Below are positions 24,091 to 38,318 of a stretch of DNA of 64,000 nt, in pieces (within the stretch, counting starts at the first letter, position 1; each line of letters starts with the position of its first letter). The DNA comes from Octopus bimaculoides (lineage: Eukaryota): positions 10,577,193 through 10,641,192 of the forward strand of contig NC_068990.1 of NCBI RefSeq assembly GCF_001194135.2. The letters run 5' to 3'. The position numbers and the translations under genes were made by a program. The notes below the pieces were generated by a model, which was not told the origin of the DNA, ran no database searches, and saw nothing but the letters and a program-made list of their open reading frames with translations.

Positions 24091-26045
24091 GTGTTATTTA
24101 TATTTGCAAGTTACACTTCGCGCACCTCTCAAATTCACTAACGGAATTCGTGCTGATATTTTTTTTTTTTAATTCATTTATACAAAGGTAATATTTTCTA
24201 TGTGTTTCATTAAATGAAGGTGCACTAGCGAGGGTCTCCCAATTTAATGTGAATCTAGTGTTACTATCTTTGAGCTCCCAAATGTACCTGCTTAAATTAG
24301 CCGAGTTATTTAAGTTTCTGTTTCTAAAAGAATGTTGGTGCGTGGCAAATCTTCGTTTTATCTCATTTTGGGTTGCTCAAATATAACTCAATTTACTAGA
24401 CTGTGCTGTGACTGTGCATTGATAAATAACGTCCTTAATTCTACAGGTGTTACCGAAGGCACAATTATTCCTGTTCCTGGAGTCACTTAGGTTATTCTGT
24501 GTGTGTGTGTGTGTGTGTGTGTGCGCGTGTGTGCGTGTGTGTGTATGTGTGTGTGTTGGGGATGTTTCTTCCTAGTGGAGTAGGATTAGGTCTATTGAGG
24601 TTAAAGTGGTTATTTTGTTTCTGAGAGTATTCTGTACTAACTTTAGTACAGTGTCTATTATTATTTCTGCTAATACCGCCGACGATACTGTTATTGTTAC
24701 TATCTGAGTAGAAAGTTTCTAATTTTTTTCATTATACAACGAGGATATTATGCCCCCCTAAATTATGTGAAAAGCTATAACCTATCCTTACTGTACTTGT
24801 ATTTATAAGATAAGAATGCCTATTATTCTTATCAAAGTGTCTATTTACGACATTCAATAATTGCTTAGCTACGTTCGTGTCTATGTGGGAAAACAATTTC
24901 ATGTCTGATATTTATAAATGACATCTTTTTTGTGAACAATTATAGATGCTAGCGGGATCCGTGAATAGTCCATGAAATTAATAGTAAACATATTGGTTTA
25001 TTCCTGAAAAATTTATGCAAAAAAAAAAAAACTTAAAATTCTAGCCTGTTTTGTGTGTGTAGCAAAATATAGTCACTCATCTGTTATTCATTTACAAGTG
25101 AAGGAAATTGGAATACGATGGTGACTTAATACACTTTATATATATANNNNNNNNNNNNNNNNNNNNNNNNNNNNNNNNNNNNNNNNNNNNNNNNNNNNNN
25201 NNNNNNNNNNNNNNNNNNNNNNNNNNNNNNNNNNNNNNNCTTTATATGCTTTATGCACAATCTTATAAGCTTAATTAATACTCAGCTCAGCGCTCATGAA
25301 ATAAATTAAAATTTAAAATATATATGGTCACAATTTCAAATGTAGAAAACTAAAATTTTATAGTAAAAAAAATATTTAATTTGTAAAATACAGGGGGTCA
25401 CAGTTTCACGGGTGCAAAAATTCATTGCAACAGGGCATACTCCGAAAACCGCATTGTTGGCAACTTATATACCAAGGCGATGTATCGGAGCCGATACACA
25501 TTTCAACTTCAGCACATCTTACAATCCAATACCTCTTTGCAGACTATGTTCTTCGTGTAAATTCCCCCTATTCCTGTCGCTTTTTTCCGAGTGTTGATAA
25601 CTTGAACTCTTACACCAGAATATTTCAAAGCCCTTGAGAATCTAACACACAGCTGACCATGGCTGAATACAGGTTCAGGCAAGAACATCCCCACATTATC
25701 AAGTGTCTGCCCTTATGATTTATATATAATCCTTGCATATTAAAAGCCAATTGAGAAAAAGGTTTCTTTCTAAGGTGAATAGCAAATTTGGAATGCGCAT
25801 GCGTTAAGTGATAAATGATATAAAAAGCTTAGTTCTGTTAACAAAAAAAAAAAAAATTTCACTCTGCACTCACCATCGCTTTCCCCTCACAACTATCACC
25901 ATCATCTCTCTCTTTCTCTCTCTCTTTCTCTCTGCCTTTCTGTAATCATTTTTCTCCTTTTTTGCTGTAATCACTGAGAGCACTAGCGACTAGCGTATAT
26001 ACAGGCGTATGCGTTCATACTTACATGTATACGTACATACATATA

Positions 26046-26301
26046 CATATATGGGCACTGGACGTCACAAAACGTAAACAACCAAAAAATACGAAGTACG
26101 AGGACATGGAAAATTGTCTTGAATTGCTCAAAATACGGATTAGAAAAAACTGCCGGCAACTGATAAAGGCCCGTTCTGTGTGTTGTTCATCTTGTTTTCC
26201 ATTTGCTTCTTTCGGTGTTCGCAAATGAAGTTCATATTCCATGCCCTCGTACTTCCTATCTTTGGTTGTTTACATTTTGTGCCGTTCTGTGCTCACATAT
26301 G
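26046..26301. mobile_element. MITE-like element with about 59-bp imperfect TIRs
   Basis: 26053-26111 GGGCACTGGACGTCACAAAACGTAAACAACCAAAAAATACGAAGTACGAGGACATGGAA versus reverse complement of 26237-26294 GAGCACAGAACGGCACAAAATGTAAACAACCAAAGATAGGAAGTACGAGGGCATGGAA. Confidence 0.8.
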
Positions 26302-26836
26302 CAAATGTATATTCGTATACAAATATGTACGTATACGCATTTATATATGCATATATATGCATATATATACATATANNNNNNNNNNNNNNNNNNNNNNNNN
26401 NNNNNNNNNNNNNNNNNNNNNNNNNNNNNNNNNNNNNNNNNNNNNNNNNNNNNNNNNNNNNNNNNNNNNNNNNNNNNNNNNNNNNNNNNNNNNNNNNNNN
26501 NNNNNNNNNNNNNNNNNNNNNNNNNNNNNNNNNNNNNNNNNNNNNNNNNNNNNNNNNNNNNNNNNNNNNNNNNNNNNNNNNNNNNNNNNNNNNNNNNNNN
26601 NNNNNNNNNNNNNNNNNNNNNNNNNNNNNNNNNNNNNNNNNNNNNNNNNNNNNNNNNNNNNNNNNNNNNNNNNNNNNNNNNNNNNNNNNNNNNNNNNNNN
26701 NNNNNNNNNNNNNNNNNNNNNNNNNNNNNNNNNNNNNNNNNNNNNNNNNNNNNNNNNNNNTTGCTATTATTCATTTTACTAATGATAATATTAAATAATC
26801 ATATCGATATAGATATTTTTCGAACGTATTTTCATG

Positions 26837-26892
<56 letters not shown>

Positions 26893-28629
26893 GTGTGCGT
26901 GTGCGTGTACGTGTGTGTGTGTTTTTTGTAATTTTTATTTTACTTGAAATAAGTAGCATTCATTTGAATATATCGATATTTCGATTTCAAGGTGAGTTGA
27001 CATGGCGTGAAGAAATAAACTCGTTTGGAAAGAAATAGCCGTTGAATGTTTTCGAAGGGAATCACGGCGAATTGCACCTGGGTATATTCATAAAAGTCCA
27101 GAGGCAGAAATATGAGTGAAGCTCGAAAGAAAAACATATTGGTGAAGATAAAATAACTAACGTGCTCTTCATGGATCGGAACAATCACGCCCATCAACAA
27201 CAGCAGCGGAATCGGCTGCAAATTCCAGACGTAGATGGATTGTCCAAAGATAATTAATCCCTGTTATGCATGAAACGCAAGTCGATCCCACCTCTGTGTG
27301 GTTAATTAAATAATAATTTTCTTTCGGCGCCTTGGTCGAGTGTTGTTGTTGTATTTGCAAACGAATTAAAAGAACAGAGTTTGGAAATATAATAACAACG
27401 CACTGTTGAGGCGCCGAGAGACAATAATTATTTAATTAACAACTGCGAGGCGGAATTGAGTTGAGTTTCGTGCATAACATGGATTTATTAGTATTGAAGT
27501 ATTCATTTGGTCAATAATTCAGCTGAGATACATAATGAAGAGTGGGACTACACAAATGTTGCAATATAGAAAATGCAAATTGTCGGAAACAAGAAAGATA
27601 ATTGGATGCAGGCGTCAAATAATCAAACCAGATCCACAACACAAATATTATTATTATACGAAACTAAACAATGTGAATATTCATAACTAAAGGAGATAAT
27701 TAAGAAACAATAGAAGAAAAAAATGATCCGCACGAATATTGAAAAACGAAAACTTAATTCAAAACTTGTAAACTCACCAGTTACAAAAAACAGATTTCAT
27801 ATAATAAACTTGAAGGTACATATATTGCACAGTATGGTCGGAACATATATGAAACTAGCAAGATTACTCATGCGAAGTTGATGAAAGCAGATTGAGTAAA
27901 ACCACGATAGACACGTGTATGATGCGGATTGATATATCGATAAATGAAGACAACGGTAACAATGTGAAAACCATGGATTAGAGGGGAAAATATCAGGAAT
28001 GAGAAAAAGGAAATAGATAAGCATAGAATGAATGAGAAAGCAAACCAAATAATAAATCATGGGAGATTGAAACAAAACAATATATTCTTTCTGCGTAAAA
28101 GTGAACAATGTAATGCAAACTAAAAAAAAGTCTAACCTGAAGCAAATGACACAGATACAGAATTACATTTGAAACATTCCAACAACAAATCAGAGTTAGA
28201 GATATATAGCCGAAAGCTATTTCTAAATTTTACTCAAGAATGCACAGAAACTCATTCGACCACAGATACTCATTCAATGCACAGGACCTCATTCAATGTC
28301 AAAGCCCAAAATAGTTTAAATCCTTAGATTGCAGCAAAAATAGGTATTTCAATTCTCGTTGCAAAGGTTCAACAATTAACCAAAACTTTGTTTATGTAAA
28401 ATATTTGGGAACGAGCATTACTTAATAGGTAGCAAATATGCAATCTTTAGAGAGTGTGTCTTGATAACATGACTACGGTTAGTTCAAGAAAGACCGAATG
28501 CACTAAAGATTTCGGGGAGATTATGATTGATTAATGATTTTTGTTTGCTAAACCTGCAACATCCGTATGTACAGAGAAACATAAGGAAAAATACAATAAC
28601 AGCATTGCAGGAATATACAGTTTAATCTT

Positions 28630-29025
28630 CACTCTTTTATTTATTTCAGTCATTTGACTGCGGCCATCCTGGAGCACCGCCTTTAGTCGAGCAAATCGAC
28701 CCAGGACTTATTGTTTGGAAGCCTAGTACCTATTCTATCGGTCCCTTTTGCCGAACCGCTAGGTTACGGGGACATAAACATACCACTATTGGTTGTTAAA
28801 CGATGCTGGGGGGACAAACACAGACATACAAACATATACACAGGCATACATATATATATGTATACATATACGACGGGATTCTTTCAGTTTCCGCCACTCA
28901 CAATGATTTGTTCCGTCCGAGGCTATAATAGAAGACACTCGCCCAAGGTGCCACGCAGTGGGAATGAACCTTGAACCATGTGGTTGGTAAGTGAGTGATT
29001 TAACACACAGCCACTCCTGCGCCTA
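28630..29025 (-). mobile_element. Full-length tRNA-derived SINE (family 3)
   Basis: The minus strand begins AGGCGCAGGAGTGGCTGTGTG...GGTTCAAGGTTCATTCCCACTGCGTGGCACCTTGGGCGAGTGTCTTC, with a complete body to the aagagt-like tail. Confidence 0.9.
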
Positions 29026-31715
29026 TTGTAAAGAAAGACAGAAAAAAGAATGAAAAGAAACATAAAGCAACTTTATTATCGTCATCATCATCATCATCAT
29101 AATCGTCGTTTTCGTCGCCATTTCAATTCTCATCGTTAACATCTTCGTCGTCATCATCATAATATGCAACTGCGTGTAAGATAAAACGTTTAACGAGAAA
29201 AGGAAGCAGGGAGAGAGGAGTCAAATTGCGATCTTATCATGCTTTTCACGATAAGAATCAAGGAAATAGACACATCATCGTCATAATCCTCATCGAGACT
29301 TGACATGTGTTAGAGACGGAAGATTCAAGAAATGGGTGTTCCCCCTAACCAGGTGACTTCTATGTCTCTATTAAATCTTTGTAAGCTAAAAAAACATGAG
29401 CTTAGATTTGAGCTACTGATCAGCAGCAGGATCGCAGAGAGTCCATTATCTTCATGCTACCCGGTTTGATAATCTGTTTGATGCTTGGTTCGCTTCTGTG
29501 CATTTTCATTTTGTTGAGGCGTGTGCAAATGATTAACATCTGAATTGAAGACAGTTTCAGTTGCATACACAACGTACGTTCGAAACAAACGATAAAATAA
29601 TGTTAACAATAATAATTATAGCAACTAATAATCATATTAGTAACAGTAACAACAACACCATTACTATTTCATATTGTTTGCTGCTTTGTTTCATACCATC
29701 TCTCCCAGGTTCCATCGCCCTACCTTCCACACTTCATTTCATCTATTACCTCAGCTCTTCCGTCTGTGAACTAGGAAAAAATTAATCCATAAGCAGTAAG
29801 GGGTACTTCATATGTTTCTCTAGCGTTGTCGTCCGTCCCGAATATCTGCCGCAAACTAGTAAGCAGTGTTTAGTAGGGTGTGTTTAAAGTGTTGTTACAG
29901 CCTTCTCCTCCATTCATGAATAAAATCTCAGTTGTTCAGCTGAGTAGATGAATAGAAATGGTATGCTGAAATTACAATATTCTCGGTCTGTTATTATGGC
30001 CTCTCCTAAAATGTCTAAATACTTCTGGAATGTACGTCGTAGTACGAGAATAACAGAATTTCAATTGATACGGAAAAAATTGGGTGACATTACAAATGAT
30101 CAATCCCTTAATGCCAGATGGTATAACATTCGTATATGCTCTAACATTTCCATTTAAATGCATCTTGGGTAAACAACGATAGGTTTGGCAATTTACAATT
30201 TCATTTGAGTATATTATAGAAAAACTGCAGTAGATTTGGCGATCCCCAAAGACATGTCATTTATGTCATGGTACATGTAAGTTTACAAGCAGTAGACACA
30301 TGGCAACACTGCAGAATAATCATTTTCAAAATGACTGCTGTCACTTCATAGTTTACATTCTAATACAAATAGCACACGCACGTCTAATGCAGGTTGCTTG
30401 TACAAAATGGATTACATGTTCCTCAGGCATTCATACATTCATGTAACAGTCATTTTCAATCAATGTAGAAGTAGGATTAATGAACATCAAGAATGATATT
30501 TGCATAAGCTTATGCCATCAATACACTATATAGTCATATGCCCTCTACCACATACTGTATGAAGATTTAGGTAGAAAAATCTTCGATATTTCAAACGCTA
30601 TTTCTTCGTAATAAATCATTCATGCTCCCCTTTATGTTACTCCAATGGCAGGGACATAAATGTTTATATATTATAAACTGTAATATTCATATACTGTATC
30701 ACCAGCTAATTTTTAGAAAGTTTACTATTCCAATCAAATATCCAGTGATAAATTTTGACCTACAAACCTCAAAGGTGCATATTATAAGATATTTATTCAA
30801 TCTAGTTGCATGAACGGAAAGTACAAAATTATTTTTGTCAGAGCAAAAAATCTATCATTAATATATATGCTTAATTTTTTTAATAAGAAGTTAACTGCAT
30901 GAAAAATCATCGCTCTCGACAAGAAAATCATATTGCTTTTAAATGGTTTTACAAGTATTCTGGGTTCAATAAACTTTAAATAAATTACACAGTTTAAACA
31001 TCTATGCATTTATTGGTTTGTCAAATGTATTTGAAGTTTAATCAGTTCGGTATTAAAATGGTTACATTTATACCATTAAGAATATTACCTAGAAGCAACT
31101 AAACTAAAAAGCAATCATATTTAACAGATGTGAACTAAGAGAATTTGTGAATACTTTTATTATTATATTTTAAAAGGAAAACGAGTGATTGAAGATTGAT
31201 GGACTATTCTGGAGGAAGAAGAAATTCAATTTACTTTCGTTCAAATTGCCATGCATATGTTGAACGGCGATATATTCATATTTTTACACTCTTACCTACA
31301 ACGGTATCGCAACATACTTGCACGTTTATATATAAAGGTATGCGTTAGAGATGTTTAAAGCCTCTAAGGGATAAATATATCCGAAGGCACTTCTGGTAAT
31401 TACCTTACTAGGTATATACCTTGGTAAAAGGTATACGGCAGCAGGTAATTTAACGGGTAACTGTAGTTTAATTTATAGAGTTAGCTCCCTTACATTGCAC
31501 CGCCGGTGAACCCCAGAAGTCACAGACTCGTGCAAGAGATGCCACTGAATAACCATGAAACTACACGTCCAACTAATTTATATTTTTCATCCACCTCACA
31601 ACGAGCTTAACGAACTGTGAACTAAAGTATTACGTAAGACACTCAAATCTTTGATCTTCTCCTTTCCGATGTAAGCATTGATCATTCACTCTTCTTCTCT
31701 CTACCTCTGACTTCT

Positions 31716-31803
31716 TCGTTCTGACGAAGTCTACCGTTAGCAACGAGGCGACAATATGATTATATATTTCTCTTACCATGGTAAACAGAAACGATCATAG
31801 ACA
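31716..31803 (+). ncRNA. Degenerate minimal type-I hammerhead ribozyme motif in a Penelope-like terminal repeat (about 31380-31860)
   Basis: gtt-CTGACGA-a-gtctacc...ggtaaac-a-GAAA-c-GATC-a-TA-gac: intact CUGANGA/GAAA core, stem II 6/7 pairs, palindromic GATC loop III, short stem I. Confidence 0.55.
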
Positions 31804-31984
31804 TCTCTCACCCTCACCTTTATTAACTAATTAAATAATGGCTTATTTCTTCCTGTCCCTCTAATTGTTGTTTTCCATGTCCGCTTTTGTATCGTCTATC
31901 TGCCCAAATGTTTTATTGTCCTCTATTGCGTTCTTGTTCCATGCTTTATATTTATATATACATATAGCGGCGTACGGGCACACT

Positions 31985-32050
<66 letters not shown>

Positions 32051-33419
32051 TTTACTTAGTTTTAGGATCACGTGATCAAATAAGGAATGATCTCAACAAT
32101 CGTTGCAGCAGGTATTGAAGAGAGAACGAAAGAGAACCACAAAGAGACGGGGAGGTAGAGAGAAAAATGAGAGTGATTAGTGATTATGTACACGTGTCTA
32201 TGAATCCCAACGTGTTCTTCAGTAACAGAAGAAAGATCGGAGTGATGTGTACCATATATTTGTTGTCTTTTGTCTCATTTGAGTGAAATAAAAATGATTT
32301 ATCTCTGAACTATATTGCTGTTGTTTTGAAGTAGAAGTAGCTAGTTACTTTTCAGCAGTCAACAAAATTGCTCGAGCGTCTCTAAGATGTAATGCCGTGT
32401 TTTATAGATTTGTCTTTGACAACTAGTAAAAGAATACAATGGCTGTTTTAAGTAATACAAAAATAATTATAGAACATAAGGAAGGTGCAGCATCGGTTTA
32501 GTACAGCGATAGAATAATATTGAAATTGCTGTAATTTATTGGATTGTGTACAACAAAGCATTTACTTGTCAAAAATGACACAGCCACAACCACTGGGGTA
32601 CTTATGAATAGCCTTTAGCAATTTCATATATATTCAACTATGGAATACAGTAGTAACTTAATAAGAAAGGCAGGTATTATGTAAACATGGTTATCTCAAA
32701 ATTAATGCCTTCAATTAGATATAACACAGTACTGGCGAATGATTTATTGATGATAATTCTGTTTTTCTTTTTACCAGAAAACATAATACTGTCTAAGACT
32801 GCAAGCTATATCAGGTGATTTGAAAGCTATACATGGAATGGATCTTTAACGTATTAACGTCATTCTCATTGATAGATGTTTGACTGGATGTAATGCTGTA
32901 CAAATTGCCATTATTCATATATGCATAATATACTGCAGCAGTTTTTTGTCATCTTCCGTGTCGTTGCATAATTTTAATCTTTTTCCTATCATGTACTGCT
33001 ATGACATCTATTCTCTTTTGACGTACGTAGGGAGAGAATTGCTCACATGCATTCAAATAAATTAACTAATCACAAACATATACTATCACACACCAAACCC
33101 AAGATATACAATTTTAGTGCAGCCAGTTTTATATTACTGTAAATGACTCACGGACGACTCAGTTTGGTGGATTGAACTCACTGATACATTCACATAGCTG
33201 GGGAGATTCTCTGGAGACCTTTACCCTAACATACATTGAAACGTGTCCCTCAAAACAATTTCTTGTTCTTTTCTGGTTTCTTCTGTCTCCATTCGTTCCA
33301 GTCAATACTAAAAGAAGCAGTTCTTATTAATATCCAACTTTATATCATGAGCTAATTTATCTAAGTGAGCTTAAATTACATTTGTTCAGTGATAAAATTG
33401 GAACTCTAAATATCTTTCA

Positions 33420-33640
<221 letters not shown>

Positions 33641-34074
33641 GTGCTTGTACAAGAAAAGGTATTAGTAGTGGGATGTACGTATTTCTTTATTTGTGCGAGT
33701 TAGACTTACAAGTGATTCTGATATACCTTACAGGTGCCTTCATAGTTCCGTTAATTTTTTTTTTTTCAATCGGTGGACTGATCGAAGGAAAGAAAAATTG
33801 AGCGACATTGAAAAAAATAGTATCACCTTCAGAGCCGGGGCACCGAGTAGTAAATTATACGAAAACAAAAGCAATACAGGTATCGATATGGAATGGAGGA
33901 AGAAAAAAAAGAAAAAGACAAAAATAGAAGAGAAGAGGAAAAAGAGGAAAGTGGAAGAGAGGTGGAAGAGAAAAAATCAAAAAGTTCAGGAAGGGGGTGG
34001 GTTATTATCGACTTAACCTCTTGTATTTAATTGCTGGGCTTGTGTTCAAATTTGAAAGCAATATTGAAATCAGA

Positions 34075-34410
34075 ACTAAAGCGGTGAATGGGGCAGCATT
34101 TCGTCCGTCTTTACATTCTGAGTTCTTATTCCACTGAGGTTGACTTTGTCTTTCATTCTTTCGGAATCGATAAAATAAGTCGGGTACTGAGAACGATGTA
34201 ATCGACTTCTCTTTGCTCTTAAATTTTTGTCCTTGTGTTATTATTTTATCAGAACTCCAGGCGAAATGCTTAGCTGTATTTCATCTGTTTGCGCGTTCTT
34301 GGTTCAAATTCTGCCTTTCATCTTTTCTGGGTTGATCGAATACGTACCAATTACGTACTGTGGTCGATGTGATCGACTTAATCTCTTCCCCCGAATATGA
34401 GGCATTGTGC
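34075..34410 (+). mobile_element. Two adjacent decayed family-2 SINE copies
   Basis: cagcatttcgtccgtctttacattctgagttc...gaggttgactttgtctttcattctttcgg at about 34090 and gcgaaatgcttagctgtatttc...ggttcaaattc at about 34260. Confidence 0.75.
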
Positions 34411-36159
34411 TTCCACTACAAAGGATTATTTACCTCTGTATTCTTATAACTATAGACATATCTGTAACTGCTACAAAAGCTAGCATAGCGAAGCACTGTA
34501 TGAAACCCGATATATTTTCTATATTTTATGCATGTGATTAAATATTATTTCAATCATTGTCGCTTTGGTTATCGCCAATCTACAAGAGAATACCCACAAT
34601 TATAACATTCTGTAGATAAAAGGAACAAATTCTAGATAGCATTAATAATTCACAGCATAATAGAAAATATTGAACATTTTCTTCTCAGTTCCCAGGAAGA
34701 AAACAGAATGTTGTATAAATATTATATTAGGGAAATGTCTCATGATTTTCATCAAAGCTAACTCTTTATTATCTATTTCAGAATACTAGTGTCGTTCCGT
34801 GTACCTCTCTGTTTCTAAGGCATATATTGCAAGCCACAGCATGGACGTCTAACAAGATTACTTCTTCGGAATATGAATGTGTAGAAAGCAAAAAGTGATC
34901 TACCTGCAACAGACTAAGATGTATTTCTAAAATATTCTGCACAAATTTGAGCATGAATTCACGCAATCTAGAACCGGAAAACAGGAACCAACTAGGAACA
35001 CTCTGCATGGTAACTTGTGCTTTATATGAAGCTACACCGTTCTGTGCTTATTAACCCACACAAACACACACACACACACACACATACTCACACACATAAA
35101 TATACATAAATAGATACGTACACACGTACATTTTGATTTATAAGCGCGAAAATGGAGATCATCACAGCAGTAAAATTATTTGGTGTGAAGCCTCTTACAT
35201 CATAGCTGAGTTGGCGATGAACAGCAGCTATATAAGGAAAAGGAAAAACAGATCAACATATGTTGAGTTATTAAAAGAATACGTGTAACAAAACATCTAA
35301 CAGAATGTGCTTCACCATTTCTTGCTTGGTGAATAAAATCTCCATCTGGAGGTGTTGTTGTCATCTGCAATTTCCATTGGTTCTTGATCTCGTAATTGTA
35401 GTAAACCTTATCGGGAGATACGCAATGCAAGGTAAATCTTTGACAATGCTGCTAGTGTTCAGTTCAAACGATCTCTCGCTCCAAATCCATCATTCTACAA
35501 GCTTCCCATCTTTGAAAAGTCGTCCCAAGAGCTCTTAATGTTTTACGTTCCGTCTGGTGTGGGAACTTTTACAATTATTGGGATTGACAATGCATTGGAT
35601 ACACAAATGCCCATTCATAACCTAAAAGTTAAATAACAACAATATTTGCAACAATATAAATAGTATCATACCTCAGTGCAGATGTCTACAAGTTGATTGC
35701 GTTTCGTCTCGGTTTGCAGGGAAGGCTACTTTCAAGTAGAATAAAATATTAAAGAAATGATTTTTCTCCTCATTCATGTGAACCAGTAAGAACAAGTTCG
35801 GTCTTAGTAGCACTAATACATGAGTCCACGCCGTAAAAAACTTCCTCCTAAACATGTGTTTCTTCAAATACCATTGCCTATTTCCTAGTGACCATTGATT
35901 CTTTTGGTACACTATTACTGGACAAATAAGTACTTATGTCATGTGAGATATACCAGTTTTGATAGACCAGTCTTAAATTACGACATAGCGTCTCATGAAA
36001 AGAAACGCACTCAAATTATACATTCAAAGATAGATAATTCTGAAATATACAATGTCGGCCCTAACTGTGTCGTTTATTTTATATATATCCAATAATAACA
36101 CCTACTGTGGTAAGTACTTACGTCAACATTGCTGCATGTTTATTAATATTTATTTAGTT

Positions 36160-36373
36160 GAGGGCGGCGTGCTGCCACAATCGTCAGCACACCATGCAAA
36201 ATGCTTAGCAGTATTTCGTCCATCTTGACCTTCTAACTTCGAATTCAGCAGAGGTCGACTTTACTTTTTATCCTTTCGGGGTAGATGAAGTACCAGTTGA
36301 GCACTAGATTCGATGTAAGAGATTTAGGTCCATACCTGAACTTGCCGGCCTTTGCTAAAATCTTGAAACCAAT
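36160..36373 (+). mobile_element. Full-length family-2 SINE
   Basis: gggcggcgtgctgccacaatcgtcagcac...aaatgcttagc...gaggtcgacttt...cctttcgggg...aaaatcttgaaacca. Confidence 0.85.
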
Positions 36374-36989
36374 ATTTATTTAGTTTGGAGAATAGTACAA
36401 TGTAAATTTAGTGGCATTTGGCTGGTATTTCCAGCAAGATGTTCACCTGTATAAAGCGACCGTGGTCTTACAATGCTTGGATATTTCGAAAAATTAAGCA
36501 TAACTTTAGGACGAAATTTTTATTTTCACAGAATCATTATTAGCATCTGCTAAAATTTGGAGGATAATAAATGTGGATGCTGAGAAATATGCAATAATTG
36601 AGAGAGAAGTAAAGACAATTAAAGAAGAGAAAAAAGAAATTACCTTATGCTAGCACAAAATATCGTATAAGAACCGAATCAATACACAATAAATCTCAGT
36701 GCTGCAACTTTGAGTGAAAAAAACATCTGCCACTTCGGTATTGACTGAGGATTAAATTTGATTTTGGAAAAAGTAGACATCTCTTCAGAAACCTTAGTTG
36801 GAAAACAATTGCTTCCATTATTGGTTTTATTATCGTTTCATTCTTATACACCACCTTCCATTCCATTTTTTTCTTTCTATTTTGTATTGTAGTTGTTGCT
36901 GTTGTTGATTATGTTGTTGTTCTTTCTTTTTACAACTAATTGTTTCTCATTGATCTTTTTTCTTTCTTTTTTTTTTGCCTTCTCCGTCT

Positions 36990-37137
36990 TGAAATTATTT
37001 TCCTTCCTGTTTCTATTACGTCACCGTCATCTTCCTCAACATCATCATCCTCATCATCGTCGAAACAGCCATCATCGTTATTACCATCGTATTCATTTCT
37101 TCTTCTTCTTCTTCTTCTTCGTCTTCTTCTTCTTCTT

Positions 37138-37220
<83 letters not shown>
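36990..37220. repeat. Compound trinucleotide array (TCA)-(TCT)-(TTA)
   Basis: Directly visible. Confidence 0.95.
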
Positions 37221-37221
<1 letters not shown>

Positions 37222-37243
37222 GTTCAGTAGTTTTATTTTTATA
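37165..37243 (-). mobile_element. 3' end of the same R4/Dong subfamily as 6031-6235, body lost in the gap
   Basis: The reverse complement reads TTATAAAAATAAAACTACTGAACAA-(TAA)n, identical to the end at about 6152-6235. Confidence 0.8.
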
Positions 37244-38114
37244 ANNNNNNNNNNNNNNNNNNNNNNNNNNNNNNNNNNNNNNNNNNNNNNNNNNNNNNNN
37301 NNNNNNNNNNNNNNNNNNNNNNNNNNNNNNNNNNNNNNNNNNNNNNNNNNNNNNNNNNNNNNNNNNNNNNNNNNNNNNNNNNNNNNNNNNNNNNNNNNNN
37401 NNNNNNNNNNNNNNNNNNNNNNNNNNNNNNNNNNNNNNNNNNNNNNNNNNNNNNNNNNNNNNNNNNNNNNNNNNNNNNNNNNNNNNNNNNNNNNNNNNNN
37501 NNNNNNNNNNNNNNNNNNNNNNNNNNNNNNNNNNNNNNNNNNNNNNNNNNNNNNNNNNNNNNNNNNNNNNNNNNNNNNNNNNNNNNNNNNNNNNNNNNNN
37601 NNNNNNNNNNNNNNNNNNNNNNNNNNNNNNNNNNNNNNNNNNNNNNNNNNNNNNNNNNNNNNNNNNNNNNNNNNNNNNNNNNNNNNNNNNNNNNNNNNNN
37701 NNNNNNNNNNNNNNNNNNNNNNNNNNNNNNNNNNNNNNNNNNNNNNNNNNNNNNNNNNNNNNNNNNNNNNNNNNNNNNNNNNNNNNNNNNNNNNNNNNNN
37801 NNNNNNNNNNNNNNNNNNNNNNNNNNNNNNNNNNNNNNNNNNNNNNNNNNNNNNNNNNNNNNNNNNNNNNNNNNNNNNNNNNNNNNNNNNNNNNNNNNNN
37901 NNNNNNNNNNNNNNNNNNNNNNNNNNNNNNNNNNNNNNNNNNNNNNNNNNNNNNNNNNNNNNNNNNNNNNNNNNNNNNNNNNNNNNNNNNNNNNNNNNNN
38001 NNNNNNNNNNNNNNNNNNNNNNNNNNNNNNNNNNNNNNNNNNNNNNNNNNNNNNNNNNNNNNNNNNNNNNNNNNNNNNNNNNNNNNNNNNNNNNNNNNNN
38101 NNNNNNNNNNNNNN

Positions 38115-38222
38115 ATTATCCTCCTCGTCATTATCATCATCTTCATCATCATCATCATTACAATTACTCCTCCTCCTCCTAACACCACCACCACCGCCGC
38201 CGCCGCTGCCACCACCACCACC

Positions 38223-38317
<95 letters not shown>

Positions 38318-38318
38318 A
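38115..38318. repeat. Compound trinucleotide array (TCA)-(CCT)-(CCA/CCG)-(CTA)
   Basis: Directly visible. Confidence 0.95.

Noticed and set aside
28243-28298. Three 18-19-bp repeats (CACAGAxACTCATTCAATG) as a possible CRISPR-like array
   Set aside because: The units are directly adjacent with no spacers, so this is a minisatellite in a eukaryotic context with no cas genes.
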